DNA from: Prolixibacteraceae bacterium
GTDB lineage: Bacteria > Bacteroidota > Bacteroidia > Bacteroidales > Prolixibacteraceae
Length of the DNA stretch: 45,548 nt
Reading direction: 5' to 3'
NCBI GenBank assembly: GCA_036170635.1
Contig: JAVHPO010000212.1
Span: 1-45,548 of the forward strand
The position numbers and the translations under genes were made by a program. This document shows positions 17,181 to 26,864 of this stretch, piece after piece. The notes under the pieces are model-generated. The model was given only the letters and a program-made list of their open reading frames with translations. It was not told the DNA's origin and ran no database searches. The first letter of the stretch is position 1. Each line of letters begins with the position of its first letter.

Positions 17181-17956
17181 TTGGAAATCTGAACAATAAT
17201 TACCTCTTCAATAAATATCAGGAACATGGCAAGCACAACCGCCTGATTTGCAGCTTTACCTACACCACGTGTTCCCTGAGTGGCATGATAGCCTTTGTAA
17301 CATCCCACAATGCCTATTGTAAATCCGTAAACTATGGTTTTGACCACAGATGTGGTGATATCAAGAAAGTTGATGGTTTTAAATGCACTTTGATAGAAAC
17401 TGATCATGCTGCTGGTTTCTTCGGCATGCACATTCAGGTATGAACCGTACAACGCCACGAAGCTGCAATACAATGCGAGTACAGGAATGGTCAAAGTGGT
17501 GGCTATAACACGTGTAACTACCAAATATTTAAAGGGATTGATGGCAGAAACCTCCATGGCATCAATTTGTTCTGTCACCCTCATTGAACCGAGTTCTGCT
17601 CCAATGCTTGATCCGACTTTACCGGCACAAATGAGTGCAGTAACCAACGGACCCAGCGCCTTGATGATTGCAATACCGATTAAAGAAGGGAGCCATGAGG
17701 TTGCCCCAAAATCTTCCAAAGATGGACGCGATTGCTTGGTGAAAACTATACCAACAATGAAACCTGTCAAAGAAATTAATGCCAGCGATTTTAAGCCCAC
17801 CTCGAAACACTGATTGATTACTTCACGCAGGTGAAAAGGCCTTTTAAATGCCTCCTTAAAAAAAAGGGCAGTAAATAGATAGGCCTTATGAATACCACTA
17901 AAATATTCATCAACGCCTTTCGAAAAGGTGTATTTGTTCCTCATTCTGTTAAACAT
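17168..17956 (-). CDS. mlaE: MlaE-family ABC transporter permease
   Basis: 262 aa, multi-pass. The layout and the segment ...GSMRVTEQIDAMEV... are typical of MlaE/YrbE permeases. First gene behind promoter copy 6. Confidence 0.8.
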   Translation of the reverse strand: MFNRMRNKYTFSKGVDEYFSGIHKAYLFTALFFKEAFKRPFHLREVINQCFEVGLKSLALISLTGFIVGIVFTKQSRPSLEDFGATSWLPSLIGIAIIKALGPLVTALICAGKVGSSIGAELGSMRVTEQIDAMEVSAINPFKYLVVTRVIATTLTIPVLALYCSFVALYGSYLNVHAEETSSMISFYQSAFKTINFLDITTSVVKTIVYGFTIGIVGCYKGYHATQGTRGVGKAANQAVVLAMFLIFIEEVIIVQISNWMR

Positions 17957-17978
17957 CAGGGGACTGCATAATTAAAGT

Positions 17979-18045
17979 CAAAGATGAAAAGTTCAGGATC
18001 GGATAGTGTTACATTGTTTTAGAAAAAATTTACATGATTCACACT
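17979..18045 (-). promoter_or_regulatory. Composite stress-type promoter, copy 6 (minus strand)
   Basis: Read on the minus strand: box1 AGTGTGAATCATGTAAA (18045-18029), box2 AATGTAAC (18015-18008), -7-like CATCTTTG (17986-17979). The mlaE start at 17956 is 23 nt after the octamer. Confidence 0.6.
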
Positions 18046-18144
18046 TTAATGGAAGAATGGTGCTATTGGTATCAGTTATGCAAGGGAAGCGAGGTTAAAA
18101 GTTCCAGGAGAAAGGATCATTAAACAAACTTCCCCTTTATAAAA

Positions 18145-18211
18145 GGTGTGAATCATATAACTCTTAACCGTAATTGTGTAACGCTTTCTGTTAAGGAATG
18201 AATCAACTTTA
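18145..18211 (+). promoter_or_regulatory. Composite stress-type promoter, copy 7
   Basis: box1 GGTGTGAATCATATAAC (18145-18161), box2 TGTGTAAC (18175-18182), -7-like CAACTTTA (18204-18211). ATG at 18249 is 38 nt after the octamer. Confidence 0.6.
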
Positions 18212-18248
18212 CAAAGTGAAAATTCATTCACAAGATAATACCACTACA

Positions 18249-18545
18249 ATGAAAAAAATATTTTTTCTTGGCAGTTTAGCAGTATTGTTGCTGACATTGG
18301 GATCCTGCACCACACAAGGTTATGTTACTTCAGAACCAACCTATGTAGAATATGCCAGACCAAATCGTCCAAGCAATCTCCATATCTGGATCGATGGTGA
18401 TTGGGTTTACAATCGTCAAAGTCAGGTGTATGTAAGGCAAAATGGCCATTGGCAGAAACCAAACCGCAACCGCACTTATGTAACAGGAAGTTGGCAATCA
18501 ACACCTCAGGGACTTCGCTGGGAATCAGGTTATTGGCGCAGATAA
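18249..18545 (+). CDS. Small Trp-rich lipoprotein with W-x2-G-x-W repeats
   Basis: The ORF-track ATG 18198 lies upstream of the -7 box of copy 7, so I use ATG 18249. Lipobox MKKIFFLGSLAVLLLTLGSC. The mature part has WIDGDW, NGHW, GSW and WESGYW repeats, reminiscent of YXWGXW-repeat proteins. Confidence 0.55.
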   Translation: MKKIFFLGSLAVLLLTLGSCTTQGYVTSEPTYVEYARPNRPSNLHIWIDGDWVYNRQSQVYVRQNGHWQKPNRNRTYVTGSWQSTPQGLRWESGYWRR

Positions 18546-18585
18546 TAGTTTCAGGGTTTATTCTGACCGATTTATATACAAAACT

Positions 18586-18611
18586 CGTTCCAATTTATTG
18601 GAGCGGGTTTT
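18586..18611 (+). terminator. Possible weak terminator
   Basis: CGTTCCAAT/ATTGGAGCG stem (one G-U pair, very short loop) followed by GGTTTT. Weak. Confidence 0.3.
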
Positions 18612-18672
18612 CCCCCAAAAAAAGCAATGAATTGTTTTCCTGCAAGTGCCGGAATACTTAAAAAAAAATCAG

Positions 18673-19143
18673 ATGAAAAAAATACTTATCGCACTGGATT
18701 ACGATCCGACTGCACAAAAGGTTGCTGAAGACGGTTACGATTTGGCCAAGTCAATGGGCGCAGAAGTAACGCTGCTCCATGTTATATCAGATCCGGTCTT
18801 TTATTCATCGTCCGACTACTCCCCCATTATGGGGTTTTCAGGTTATCTCAACAACGATCCCCTGCAGCAGAATACTCTGGAAGTGCTGAAATCTGCCTCT
18901 CTCAATTTTTTGGCTAAGTCAAGAAATCACCTTGGCGATTCAGCCATTCACATTGATGCGGAGGATGGTGACGTAGCGGACATAATCCTAAAGACAGCTA
19001 AAAAGATACATGCAGATCTCATTGTGGTGGGCTCTCACAGCCACAAATGGTTGGAAAATATTGTCATGGGAAGTGTTACAGGAGAAGTTCTGAAACACAC
19101 AACCATCCCGCTTTATATCATTCCAACGAAAAAACACAAATAA
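18673..19143 (+). CDS. Universal stress protein (UspA family)
   Basis: MKKILIALDY start (ATG 18673 preferred to 18646). C-terminal ATP-binding type motif ADLIVVGSHSHKWLENIVMGSVTGEVLKHTTIPLYIIP. Confidence 0.8.
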   Translation: MKKILIALDYDPTAQKVAEDGYDLAKSMGAEVTLLHVISDPVFYSSSDYSPIMGFSGYLNNDPLQQNTLEVLKSASLNFLAKSRNHLGDSAIHIDAEDGDVADIILKTAKKIHADLIVVGSHSHKWLENIVMGSVTGEVLKHTTIPLYIIPTKKHK

Positions 19144-19209
19144 TTCAAAATTGGCAATACTTCCTGATTATCAGAAACATATATGTTGATTTTCAAACAA
19201 GACTCCTAA

Positions 19210-19276
19210 TGTGTGAATGATGTAAGTTATTATCAGAATAGTGTAACATGTCAGGAAGCTTTACCCCCTACTTTTA
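19210..19276 (+). promoter_or_regulatory. Composite stress-type promoter, copy 8
   Basis: box1 TGTGTGAATGATGTAAG (19210-19226), box2 AGTGTAAC (19240-19247), -7-like TACTTTTA (19269-19276). ATG at 19305 is 29 nt after the octamer. Confidence 0.6.
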
Positions 19277-19304
19277 TTTACATACTTAATATTAAAACAA
19301 CAAC

Positions 19305-19637
19305 ATGAAAAAGACAATTTTTTTTGGACTCTTAATGATTTTCACATTGAGCTCTACCCTGGCATTTTCAAGCAATACAGCTAAAAAGGCTGCTACTGAA
19401 AATTCTGCCGTTTTGACTAAAACCGAGAACAAACTATCAGCTGAAGAGATTGCTGTTTTAACGGCACGGGTCGAAACAATCCGGAACATGGATAAATCAG
19501 CCATGACATCTTTGGAAAAGCGCGAGCTTAGAAAAGAGATGAAGGGAATTAAAGAAAATGTGCGTAAAAGTGGTGAAATCATCTACATCAGCGGTGGTAC
19601 TCTTTTAATTATTATTCTGATTATCATTTTAATCTGA
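19305..19637 (+). CDS. Hypothetical secreted/C-terminally anchored protein (110 aa)
   Basis: Signal peptide MKKTIFFGLLMIFTLSSTLAFS, a charged helical middle, and a C-terminal hydrophobic tail GGTLLIIILIIILI. Confidence 0.5.
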   Translation: MKKTIFFGLLMIFTLSSTLAFSSNTAKKAATENSAVLTKTENKLSAEEIAVLTARVETIRNMDKSAMTSLEKRELRKEMKGIKENVRKSGEIIYISGGTLLIIILIIILI

Positions 19638-19680
19638 TCAATACATTAACGATCTTTTTGTCACCAGGAATCATCGGATC

Positions 19681-19716
19681 AAATATGCAGTACTTCTAGT
19701 ATTGCATATTTATTTC
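19681..19716 (+). terminator. Possible AT-rich terminator hairpin
   Basis: AAATATGCAGTACT-TCT-AGTATTGCATATTT (14-bp stem, one G-U pair) followed by ATTTCT, 44 nt after the stop at 19637. Confidence 0.4.
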
Positions 19717-19804
19717 TATGCAAATCAGAAGTCAGAGGAATCTTTGAATAAAGATCTACTGATAGTTTTTATACCTTTCAATCATCAAAGAAAAATCATT
19801 TGGC

Positions 19805-22800
19805 GTGTTTCATTTCAGGACACTTTTTCAAATTTCTTTAATCCGCCGGGATGTAATTCTTCTTCTGGCCCTTAACTGGATTAGCTACAACGCTTTATCC
19901 CAGAAGTATTTTCAGCAAGAGGTAAACTACAAAATTCAGGTTTCGCTTGATGATAAACTCCATGAATTGCATGGATTTGAAACTGTCGAATATATTAACA
20001 ACTCACCCGATAGCCTCTATTTCCTCTATTTCCATCTGTGGCCAAACGCTTATTCCAACAACCAGACAGAATTGGCAAAACAGATTGTCAATTCGAAGGG
20101 AAAACAAAAATTATTTAAAGATCCAGAATTGACCGGATTTATTGATTCATTGAACTTTAACGTCAACAATCAATCCGTTCAATGGCATTTATTGCCTGGT
20201 CAACCCGATATCTGCCGGATAATTCCCAATCTACCCATCAGGCCAGGCGACACCATTAAAATTACTACTCCATTCCATGTAAAAATACCCAAAGGAGTAA
20301 CCTCCAGACTTGGACATATCGGAGAATCATATCAAATATCCCAATGGTATCCCAAGCCGGCAGTTTACGATAATTCTGGCTGGCATCAAATGTCTTACCA
20401 GGATCAGGGCGAGTTTTATTCCGAATTCGGCAGCTTTGATGTAAGCATAACTCTGCCGGCTAACTATATCGTCGGTGCAACCGGAAACCTGCAGAATGAC
20501 CAGGAAGTGGAAAGGTTGAATCTACTTGCCTCAGATTCTGCCTGGCAAACAAGTCAGGATTCCAAAAATATTGGATTCCCTCCTTCTTCATCCCAAATGA
20601 AAACACTCCGCTACACAGAACATCAGATCCACGATTTCGCATGGTTTGCTGATAAGCGATTTCATGTTTTAAAGGGAAAAGTGATACTTCCCAACTCAGG
20701 AAGGGCTGTAACCACCTGGATCATGTTTACCAACCAACAGGCTGAATATTGGAAAGATGCCCTCCCCTATGTGAACAGATCAATTCAGAAATTTTCTGTT
20801 TGGAATGGTGATTATCCCTACAAAAGTTTTGCAGTTGTTCAAAGTGCCCTGACAGCAGGAGATGGTATGGAATATCCTGGCATTACTGTGATAGGTAGTG
20901 TAAAGGATGGCTATGCCCTTGATGAAGTTATTGCTCACGAAGTTGCACATAACTGGTTTTATAGCGCCCTGGGATCCAACGAAAGGCGTTATCCGTTTAT
21001 GGATGAGGGTATCACCAGCGCCAATGAGGTACGATATATGCAGGAAAGGTATCCAGAAAAAAAATTGTGGGAGATCTATGTGAACAATATAAAACTGGCA
21101 AAATTCTTTCACATCGATCAAATGCCTGTGAAGCAGATTAGAGAACTTGAATGGCTGTCACAAGCTCGGGATAACCTGGAACAACCGATTAATCTAACAT
21201 CCTCAGCGTACAATTCTTTGAATTACAGTTTGATGATCTACACCAAAGCCGGAATGTGTTTCAATTACCTGAGGTCCTATCTGGGCGATTCTACTTATGA
21301 TTCAGCCATGCAGGAATATTACAGGCTATGGAAGTTCAAACATCCCGGACCACAAGATTTGAAAAATGTATTTGAATTGGTAACGGGCAAAGAATTGACC
21401 TGGTTTTTTAATGATCTGCTTGGCACTACCAAAAGATTGGATTACAAATTGGTTCAATTCACCGGACAGAAATTGCTGCTTGAAAACAGAGGCGAGTTGG
21501 TATCTCCGGTGTTAATAGCAGGAATGAACGGAGATTCAATTTGTTTTGAAAAATGGGTCGAAGGTTTTCAAGATCAAAAATGGATTGAAGTTCCCGAAGG
21601 AAGTTATTCCGAATTAAAAATTGATCCTGAACATCTAATGCCTGAACTTTTCAGGCTTAATAACAACATCAGGAGAACAGGTCGCTTCCCCAAAGTTGAT
21701 CCTTTTCGGACTCAACTTTACTTTTCGCTCGAAGATCCTGAAAAGCGATACCTGATGTATATTCCAGCCCTAAACTGGACCAGGGAAAACGGTATGATGA
21801 TCGGCATCGCTTTGCACAATGGATTCCTAACTCCCAAACCTTTTGAATATTTTGTGATGCCGTTTATTGGATTAAAAAATCATGCAATGGCCGGATTTGG
21901 GAAGATAGCATACAACATCACTCCTTACGATAAATTAATCAGGCTGGCAAAGCTCTCCCTTGAAGGAACACAGTTTGGAGCGCCCGGCAATCAAAACTAT
22001 CATTTTCTAAAAGCCGGCACAGAGCTTTTTTTCAGATCCGGCTTTATGGCAAAGTCCTTAATTCATAAGGTATTTGGAAACCTTATAGCAGCCTCAGACC
22101 TTCTAAAGATTGATCTTCAGCAAAAAGCCGGGACAAATTATTACCTAATGTTTGGATACCAGCTGGGAAAGACCGGTTTCGTCAATCCTTTCAAACTTTC
22201 AACTTACGCCGAATCCAGCCATTCATATATGAAGACAGCTGCAGAGCTCAACTACAAATTTAGCTATCCCGGAAAGAAAGATGGTTTGGATATAAGGCTT
22301 TTCGCAGGAGCCATGCTAAAAAACAATTCCAATGCTCCCTTTTATGCCCTTTCAGCCAGCGCCAGAAGTGGACGTGAACAATATATGTTTCAGGGAACAA
22401 ATCCGGATCGTTTTGCTGTTTTTCCATCCAGTTTCTGGTCAAGGCAAATGACTGTCACAGAAGGAGGCCTGGTTTCGCCGGTCAATCAAATTCTTGGATA
22501 CAGTCGCTGGCTAATCTCCTTGTCGCTTTCGAGCAGTTTACCCGGAAAAACGAGTCGTATACCGGTAAAACCTTTTGCCAATCTGTTGCTGAATGATCAT
22601 GGAATCGGACCGGATCATAATTCTCCAATCTTCTTTGAAGCGGGTCTAAAGGCTGGTTTGTGGAATTTCTTTGAAATTTATATTCCACTGCTGGTATCAG
22701 AAAACATCCAATCTGCTGTTCCATCATTTAATAGCAGGATTCGTATCATATTTAACCTTAACTCATTAAGCCAAAACAAACTAAATTCCGGAATAGGTAT

Positions 22801-22813
22801 TCAAATACGTTGA
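19805..22813 (+). CDS. M1-family zinc metallopeptidase (aminopeptidase N-like) with a long C-terminal extension
   Basis: Gluzincin signature HEVAH-x18-E (VIAHEVAHNWFYSALGSNERRYPFMDEG) and an exopeptidase-like GDGMEYPG motif. GTG start with a signal-like N-terminus. 1002 aa. Confidence 0.75.
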   Translation: MFHFRTLFQISLIRRDVILLLALNWISYNALSQKYFQQEVNYKIQVSLDDKLHELHGFETVEYINNSPDSLYFLYFHLWPNAYSNNQTELAKQIVNSKGKQKLFKDPELTGFIDSLNFNVNNQSVQWHLLPGQPDICRIIPNLPIRPGDTIKITTPFHVKIPKGVTSRLGHIGESYQISQWYPKPAVYDNSGWHQMSYQDQGEFYSEFGSFDVSITLPANYIVGATGNLQNDQEVERLNLLASDSAWQTSQDSKNIGFPPSSSQMKTLRYTEHQIHDFAWFADKRFHVLKGKVILPNSGRAVTTWIMFTNQQAEYWKDALPYVNRSIQKFSVWNGDYPYKSFAVVQSALTAGDGMEYPGITVIGSVKDGYALDEVIAHEVAHNWFYSALGSNERRYPFMDEGITSANEVRYMQERYPEKKLWEIYVNNIKLAKFFHIDQMPVKQIRELEWLSQARDNLEQPINLTSSAYNSLNYSLMIYTKAGMCFNYLRSYLGDSTYDSAMQEYYRLWKFKHPGPQDLKNVFELVTGKELTWFFNDLLGTTKRLDYKLVQFTGQKLLLENRGELVSPVLIAGMNGDSICFEKWVEGFQDQKWIEVPEGSYSELKIDPEHLMPELFRLNNNIRRTGRFPKVDPFRTQLYFSLEDPEKRYLMYIPALNWTRENGMMIGIALHNGFLTPKPFEYFVMPFIGLKNHAMAGFGKIAYNITPYDKLIRLAKLSLEGTQFGAPGNQNYHFLKAGTELFFRSGFMAKSLIHKVFGNLIAASDLLKIDLQQKAGTNYYLMFGYQLGKTGFVNPFKLSTYAESSHSYMKTAAELNYKFSYPGKKDGLDIRLFAGAMLKNNSNAPFYALSASARSGREQYMFQGTNPDRFAVFPSSFWSRQMTVTEGGLVSPVNQILGYSRWLISLSLSSSLPGKTSRIPVKPFANLLLNDHGIGPDHNSPIFFEAGLKAGLWNFFEIYIPLLVSENIQSAVPSFNSRIRIIFNLNSLSQNKLNSGIGIQIR

Positions 22814-22834
22814 AGGAAAGTACTGTTTTCCTGA

Positions 22835-22901
22835 TATGTGAATTATATAAAATATATCCTGAATTGTGTAATTCTTTCCGGCAACAAGAAAATAACTTTA
22901 A
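22835..22901 (+). promoter_or_regulatory. Composite stress-type promoter, copy 9 (most degenerate copy)
   Basis: box1 TATGTGAATTATATAAA (22835-22851), box2 TGTGTAAT (22865-22872), -7-like TAACTTTA (22893-22900, offset 28 rather than 29). The tal ATG is 106 nt downstream. Confidence 0.45.
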
Positions 22902-23005
22902 CATCATTGAAAGCTCTGTAAATAAGCTTCTCTGTCGAAAAAAAGGTCGATTGGATTATTCGTTCCGATGAGCAATTGGATACCAGAAAATAAGGAGGTA
23001 AATTT

Positions 23006-24118
23006 ATGGATAGAAATCCTATAAAAATATTGGAAAGCCTGGGACAGTCAATCTGGCTCGACTATATCCGGCGTGATTTTATTGCGAGTGGCCAACTCCA
23101 GCGCTTAATTGATGAAGACGGACTTAGCGGTTTGACTTCAAACCCCTCTATCTTCAAGAAATCAATTACAGAAAGCAACCTATACGATGCCGACATTCAA
23201 GCAATATCTATTACAACAAAAGATCTTAATGCAATTTATGAAGCTATCAGCCAACAGGATATACAAAATGCCGCTGACCTTTTCAGACCATTGTATGAAA
23301 AGAGTGATGGTGGAGATGGTTATGTGAGTTTGGAGGTTAACCCGCATCTGGCTTATGACACCTTAGGTACTATTGAAGAAGGATACAGGTTATGGGCAAC
23401 ACTGAACAGGCCAAACATTTTAATCAAAGTTCCGGCTACCGTTGAAGGCATACCAGCCATAAGGCAACTCATCAGCGAAGGAATCAATGTAAATGTTACT
23501 TTGCTATTTTCATTACCACGTTACAGGCAGGTAACTGACGCATTCATTGCCGGGATCAAGGATCGTATCAACAAAGGCAAATCTCCAAAGAATGTTGTTT
23601 CTGTTGCAAGTTTCTCTTTAAGTCGTCTGGATGCGGAAATCGATCGAAAAGAAGAAGATTCTGTTGCCTCTTGGGGGGAACAGGCTCATTTTGCATCCAG
23701 GATACGTGGACAACTTGCCATATCAATCGCAAAAATTGCATACAAAATTTACCGACAAATTTTTGAAAGTGAAGAGTTTCTCAATCTTGGCGCTTCACCA
23801 CAGCGGCTGTTATGGGCCAGTACAACTCCGCAAAACCCTGATTATCGCGACTTAAAATATGTGGAGGCGCTTATCGGTCCAAATACTGTCAGCGCCATTA
23901 GGCTCAAAACTCTCGAAGCATATCGTGATCACGGTAATCCGGAATCCCTTTTAGAAGCTAATTTAGAAGAGGCTTCCCTGGTATGGTCCAAATTGTCCGA
24001 AGCTGGTATCAATATTAAAGAGATTACTGAGAAATTAGAAACTGATGGGATTGATAAATTTATTCAATCCTACGATAAGTTAATCCAGGTTTTATCGAAA
24101 AAATCGAGGATCTGCTGA
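23006..24118 (+). CDS. tal: Transaldolase
   Basis: N-terminus LGQSIWLDYIRRDFI...GLTSNPSIF and active-site Lys region NILIKVPAT. 370 aa. Preceded by a perfect AAGGAGG (22992-22998) 7 nt from the ATG. Confidence 0.85.
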   Translation: MDRNPIKILESLGQSIWLDYIRRDFIASGQLQRLIDEDGLSGLTSNPSIFKKSITESNLYDADIQAISITTKDLNAIYEAISQQDIQNAADLFRPLYEKSDGGDGYVSLEVNPHLAYDTLGTIEEGYRLWATLNRPNILIKVPATVEGIPAIRQLISEGINVNVTLLFSLPRYRQVTDAFIAGIKDRINKGKSPKNVVSVASFSLSRLDAEIDRKEEDSVASWGEQAHFASRIRGQLAISIAKIAYKIYRQIFESEEFLNLGASPQRLLWASTTPQNPDYRDLKYVEALIGPNTVSAIRLKTLEAYRDHGNPESLLEANLEEASLVWSKLSEAGINIKEITEKLETDGIDKFIQSYDKLIQVLSKKSRIC

Positions 24119-24152
24119 TCGTGTGATATTAAATAGATTGAAATAAGACAGC

Positions 24153-26582
24153 ATGGGGGAAAATAAAAATTCAGACAAGAAAATTGTTGCCAAAACAAGA
24201 AAAAAGGGGAATAAAAATAAACCACTTTCAAAGGAACTGCTGAGAAAGATGGATGCCTATTGGCGTGCTGCAAACTATCTGTCTGTCGGCCAACTCTATC
24301 TTCGCGACAATCCATTGCTTCATAAACCCCTTAATCTGTCTCATGTAAAGTCGATGCTGCTTGGTCATTGGGGCACAACTCCGGGACAAAACTTTATTTA
24401 TGTGCACCTGAACAGGATTATCAAAGAACATGATCTGAATATGATTTATATTTCAGGCCCTGGTCATGGGGGACCTGCACTGGTGGGTAATACTTATCTC
24501 GAAGGAACTTACAGCGAAATATATCCGAATATCAGTCAGGATGAGGCCGGAATGAAACGACTTTTTACGCAATTCTCCTTCCCCGGAGGAATACCAAGTC
24601 ATGTTTCCCCCGAATGTCCGGGATCAATCCATGAAGGTGGAGAGTTGGGATATTCACTTAGCCATGCCTTTGGAGCAGCATTCGACAATCCTGAACTGGT
24701 CGTTGCCTGCATTGTCGGTGATGGCGAAGCCGAAACGGGTCCACTGGCAACTGCATGGCACTCTAACAAATTTCTAAATCCTATCACCGATGGAGCCGTA
24801 TTGCCAATTCTGCACCTCAACGGCTACAAAATAGCCAATCCAACTGTGTTGGCCCGGATTTCACATAAGGAATTGAATCAAATGCTTAAAGGCTTTGGCT
24901 GGAAACCATATTTTGTAGAAGGGGATGATCCAAAAAAGATGCACCGGCTTATGGCTGTTGCCTTGGAAAAGGCAATCCTGAAAATTAATAAAATACAAAG
25001 TCGCGCCCGTAGCAAAAACGACCCCACCCGACCTCGCTGGCCGATGGTAGTCCTCAATTCACCCAAAGGCTGGACTGGACCGGATGTTGTGGATGGAGTT
25101 CAAATAGAGGGCACATCCCGGGCACATCAAATTCCTCTCCAGGTAGATTTAGAACATCAGGATCATCTGAATCTTCTCGAGAACTGGATGAGAAGCTATC
25201 ACCCTGAAAAACTCTTCGATAAGCACGGAAGACTTTTATCGGAATTGGCCGAACTGGCGCCGAAGGGCAATCGTAGGATGGGAGCGAATCCACATGCAAA
25301 TGGCGGGCTGCTGCTTCAAGACCTGAATATGCCTGATTTTCGGAATTTCGGGGTGAATGTACCCTTTCCAGGATCGGTTCAGGCAGCTGATGCACATGAA
25401 CTTGGTGTATTCCTTCGCGAAGTGGTCAGGCTCAATCGCGAACAACGCAATTTCAGGATATTCGGTCCTGATGAAACCCTCTCCAACCGATTGAACGCCG
25501 TTTTCGAAGTCACAAACCGGCAATGGCTGGCCCGGACTGAAGAGAATGATGAGTTTTTGGCTACAGATGGTCGGGTTATGGAAATGCTGAGTGAGCATCA
25601 ATGTGAAGGTTGGCTTGAAGGTTATCTGCTTACCGGAAGGCATGGATTGTTCAACTGTTACGAGGCATTTATACACATCGTTGATTCGATGTTTAATCAG
25701 CATGCCAAATGGCTAAAAATTAGCGCGGAACTACCTTGGCGCAAAAAAATCGCATCCTTGAATTACCTGCTTGCCTCCCATGTGTGGCAACAGGCACACA
25801 ACGGATTCACCCACCAGGATCCGGGTTTCATCGATCACGTAGTCAACAAAAAATCGTCTATCGTACGGGTTTACCTTCCGCCAGACGCCAACTGTCTGCT
25901 TTCGGTATGGGATCATTGTTTGAGGAGCCGGCATTATGTCAATGTTGTTGTAGCCGGTAAATACCAGGCGCCTCAGTGGTTGACCATGGAAGAGGCCGTA
26001 TTGCATTGTACAAAAGGAATTGGAATTTGGCAATGGGCCAGCAATGACCAGGGAACTGAACCTGATGTGGTAATGGCATGCTGTGGTGACGTCCCTACAC
26101 TTGAGGCGCTTGCCGCTGTTTCCATTCTGCGCCAGTATCTGCCATCCTTGAAAATCAGGTTGATCAATGTGGTCGATCTGATGAAACTTGAACCGAATAC
26201 CGAGCATCCGCACGGGCTGAGCGATCATGATTTTGACGAATTGTTTACCAGGGACAAGCCTGTTGTTTTCGCGTTCCATGGTTATCCCTGGTTGGTGCAT
26301 CGCTTAACTTACCGTCGAACGAACCATGAGAACATACATGTTCGTGGTTACAAAGAAGAAGGAACAATCACAACCTACTTCGATATGACGGTTTTAAATG
26401 ATTTGGATAGGTTTCACCTGGTGAAGGATGTCATCATTCGGTTACCACACATGGGCGTTAAAGGCGCAAAATTGAACGATATGATGAATGAAAAGCTTCT
26501 GCTGCATAAAAAATACATTGACAAAAACGGTCAGGATATGCCGGAAATCCTTAACTGGGAATGGGGTCAAAAATCGAAATAA
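24153..26582 (+). CDS. xfp: Xylulose-5-phosphate/fructose-6-phosphate phosphoketolase
   Basis: 809 aa with the phosphoketolase signatures [20 protein letters not shown] and [20 protein letters not shown], and the TPP-binding GDGEAETG. Confidence 0.9.
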   Translation: MGENKNSDKKIVAKTRKKGNKNKPLSKELLRKMDAYWRAANYLSVGQLYLRDNPLLHKPLNLSHVKSMLLGHWGTTPGQNFIYVHLNRIIKEHDLNMIYISGPGHGGPALVGNTYLEGTYSEIYPNISQDEAGMKRLFTQFSFPGGIPSHVSPECPGSIHEGGELGYSLSHAFGAAFDNPELVVACIVGDGEAETGPLATAWHSNKFLNPITDGAVLPILHLNGYKIANPTVLARISHKELNQMLKGFGWKPYFVEGDDPKKMHRLMAVALEKAILKINKIQSRARSKNDPTRPRWPMVVLNSPKGWTGPDVVDGVQIEGTSRAHQIPLQVDLEHQDHLNLLENWMRSYHPEKLFDKHGRLLSELAELAPKGNRRMGANPHANGGLLLQDLNMPDFRNFGVNVPFPGSVQAADAHELGVFLREVVRLNREQRNFRIFGPDETLSNRLNAVFEVTNRQWLARTEENDEFLATDGRVMEMLSEHQCEGWLEGYLLTGRHGLFNCYEAFIHIVDSMFNQHAKWLKISAELPWRKKIASLNYLLASHVWQQAHNGFTHQDPGFIDHVVNKKSSIVRVYLPPDANCLLSVWDHCLRSRHYVNVVVAGKYQAPQWLTMEEAVLHCTKGIGIWQWASNDQGTEPDVVMACCGDVPTLEALAAVSILRQYLPSLKIRLINVVDLMKLEPNTEHPHGLSDHDFDELFTRDKPVVFAFHGYPWLVHRLTYRRTNHENIHVRGYKEEGTITTYFDMTVLNDLDRFHLVKDVIIRLPHMGVKGAKLNDMMNEKLLLHKKYIDKNGQDMPEILNWEWGQKSK

Positions 26583-26614
26583 TTGAAAATTAAATTTTTA
26601 AAAGAAGATCACTA

Positions 26615-26803
26615 ATGACTGACAATAAGCAAAATCACCAGCCTCAGGAAGGGCAGGATTACATCAAGGGTCCCAATGACCATACACCACGCTGGAAACA
26701 GCTGCATCACAGTTGGATATTCTGGGTTTTCTTATTTTTGATGTTGGTTGGCATCTTATATTACATTGTAACACTTGGTTTTGCTTTTGCGCCTCAAAAA
26801 TAA
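26615..26803 (+). CDS. Small single-pass membrane protein (62 aa)
   Basis: Hydrophilic N-terminus then WIFWVFLFLMLVGILYYIVTLGFAF. Lies between xfp and fba. No family recognised. Confidence 0.4.
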   Translation: MTDNKQNHQPQEGQDYIKGPNDHTPRWKQLHHSWIFWVFLFLMLVGILYYIVTLGFAFAPQK

Positions 26804-26864
26804 CTAAGGAGTAAGCATTAATTAACTGATTAAAAGAATATTAGTAAATAGAAACAAAAATGCT

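Noticed and set aside
25054-26300. Long minus-strand ORFs (113, 155 and 189 aa) inside the phosphoketolase gene
   Set aside because: The plus-strand frame carries unmistakable phosphoketolase signatures over 809 aa. The antisense ORFs have low-complexity, Arg/Pro/Gly-rich translations typical of stop-poor antisense frames in GC-rich DNA.
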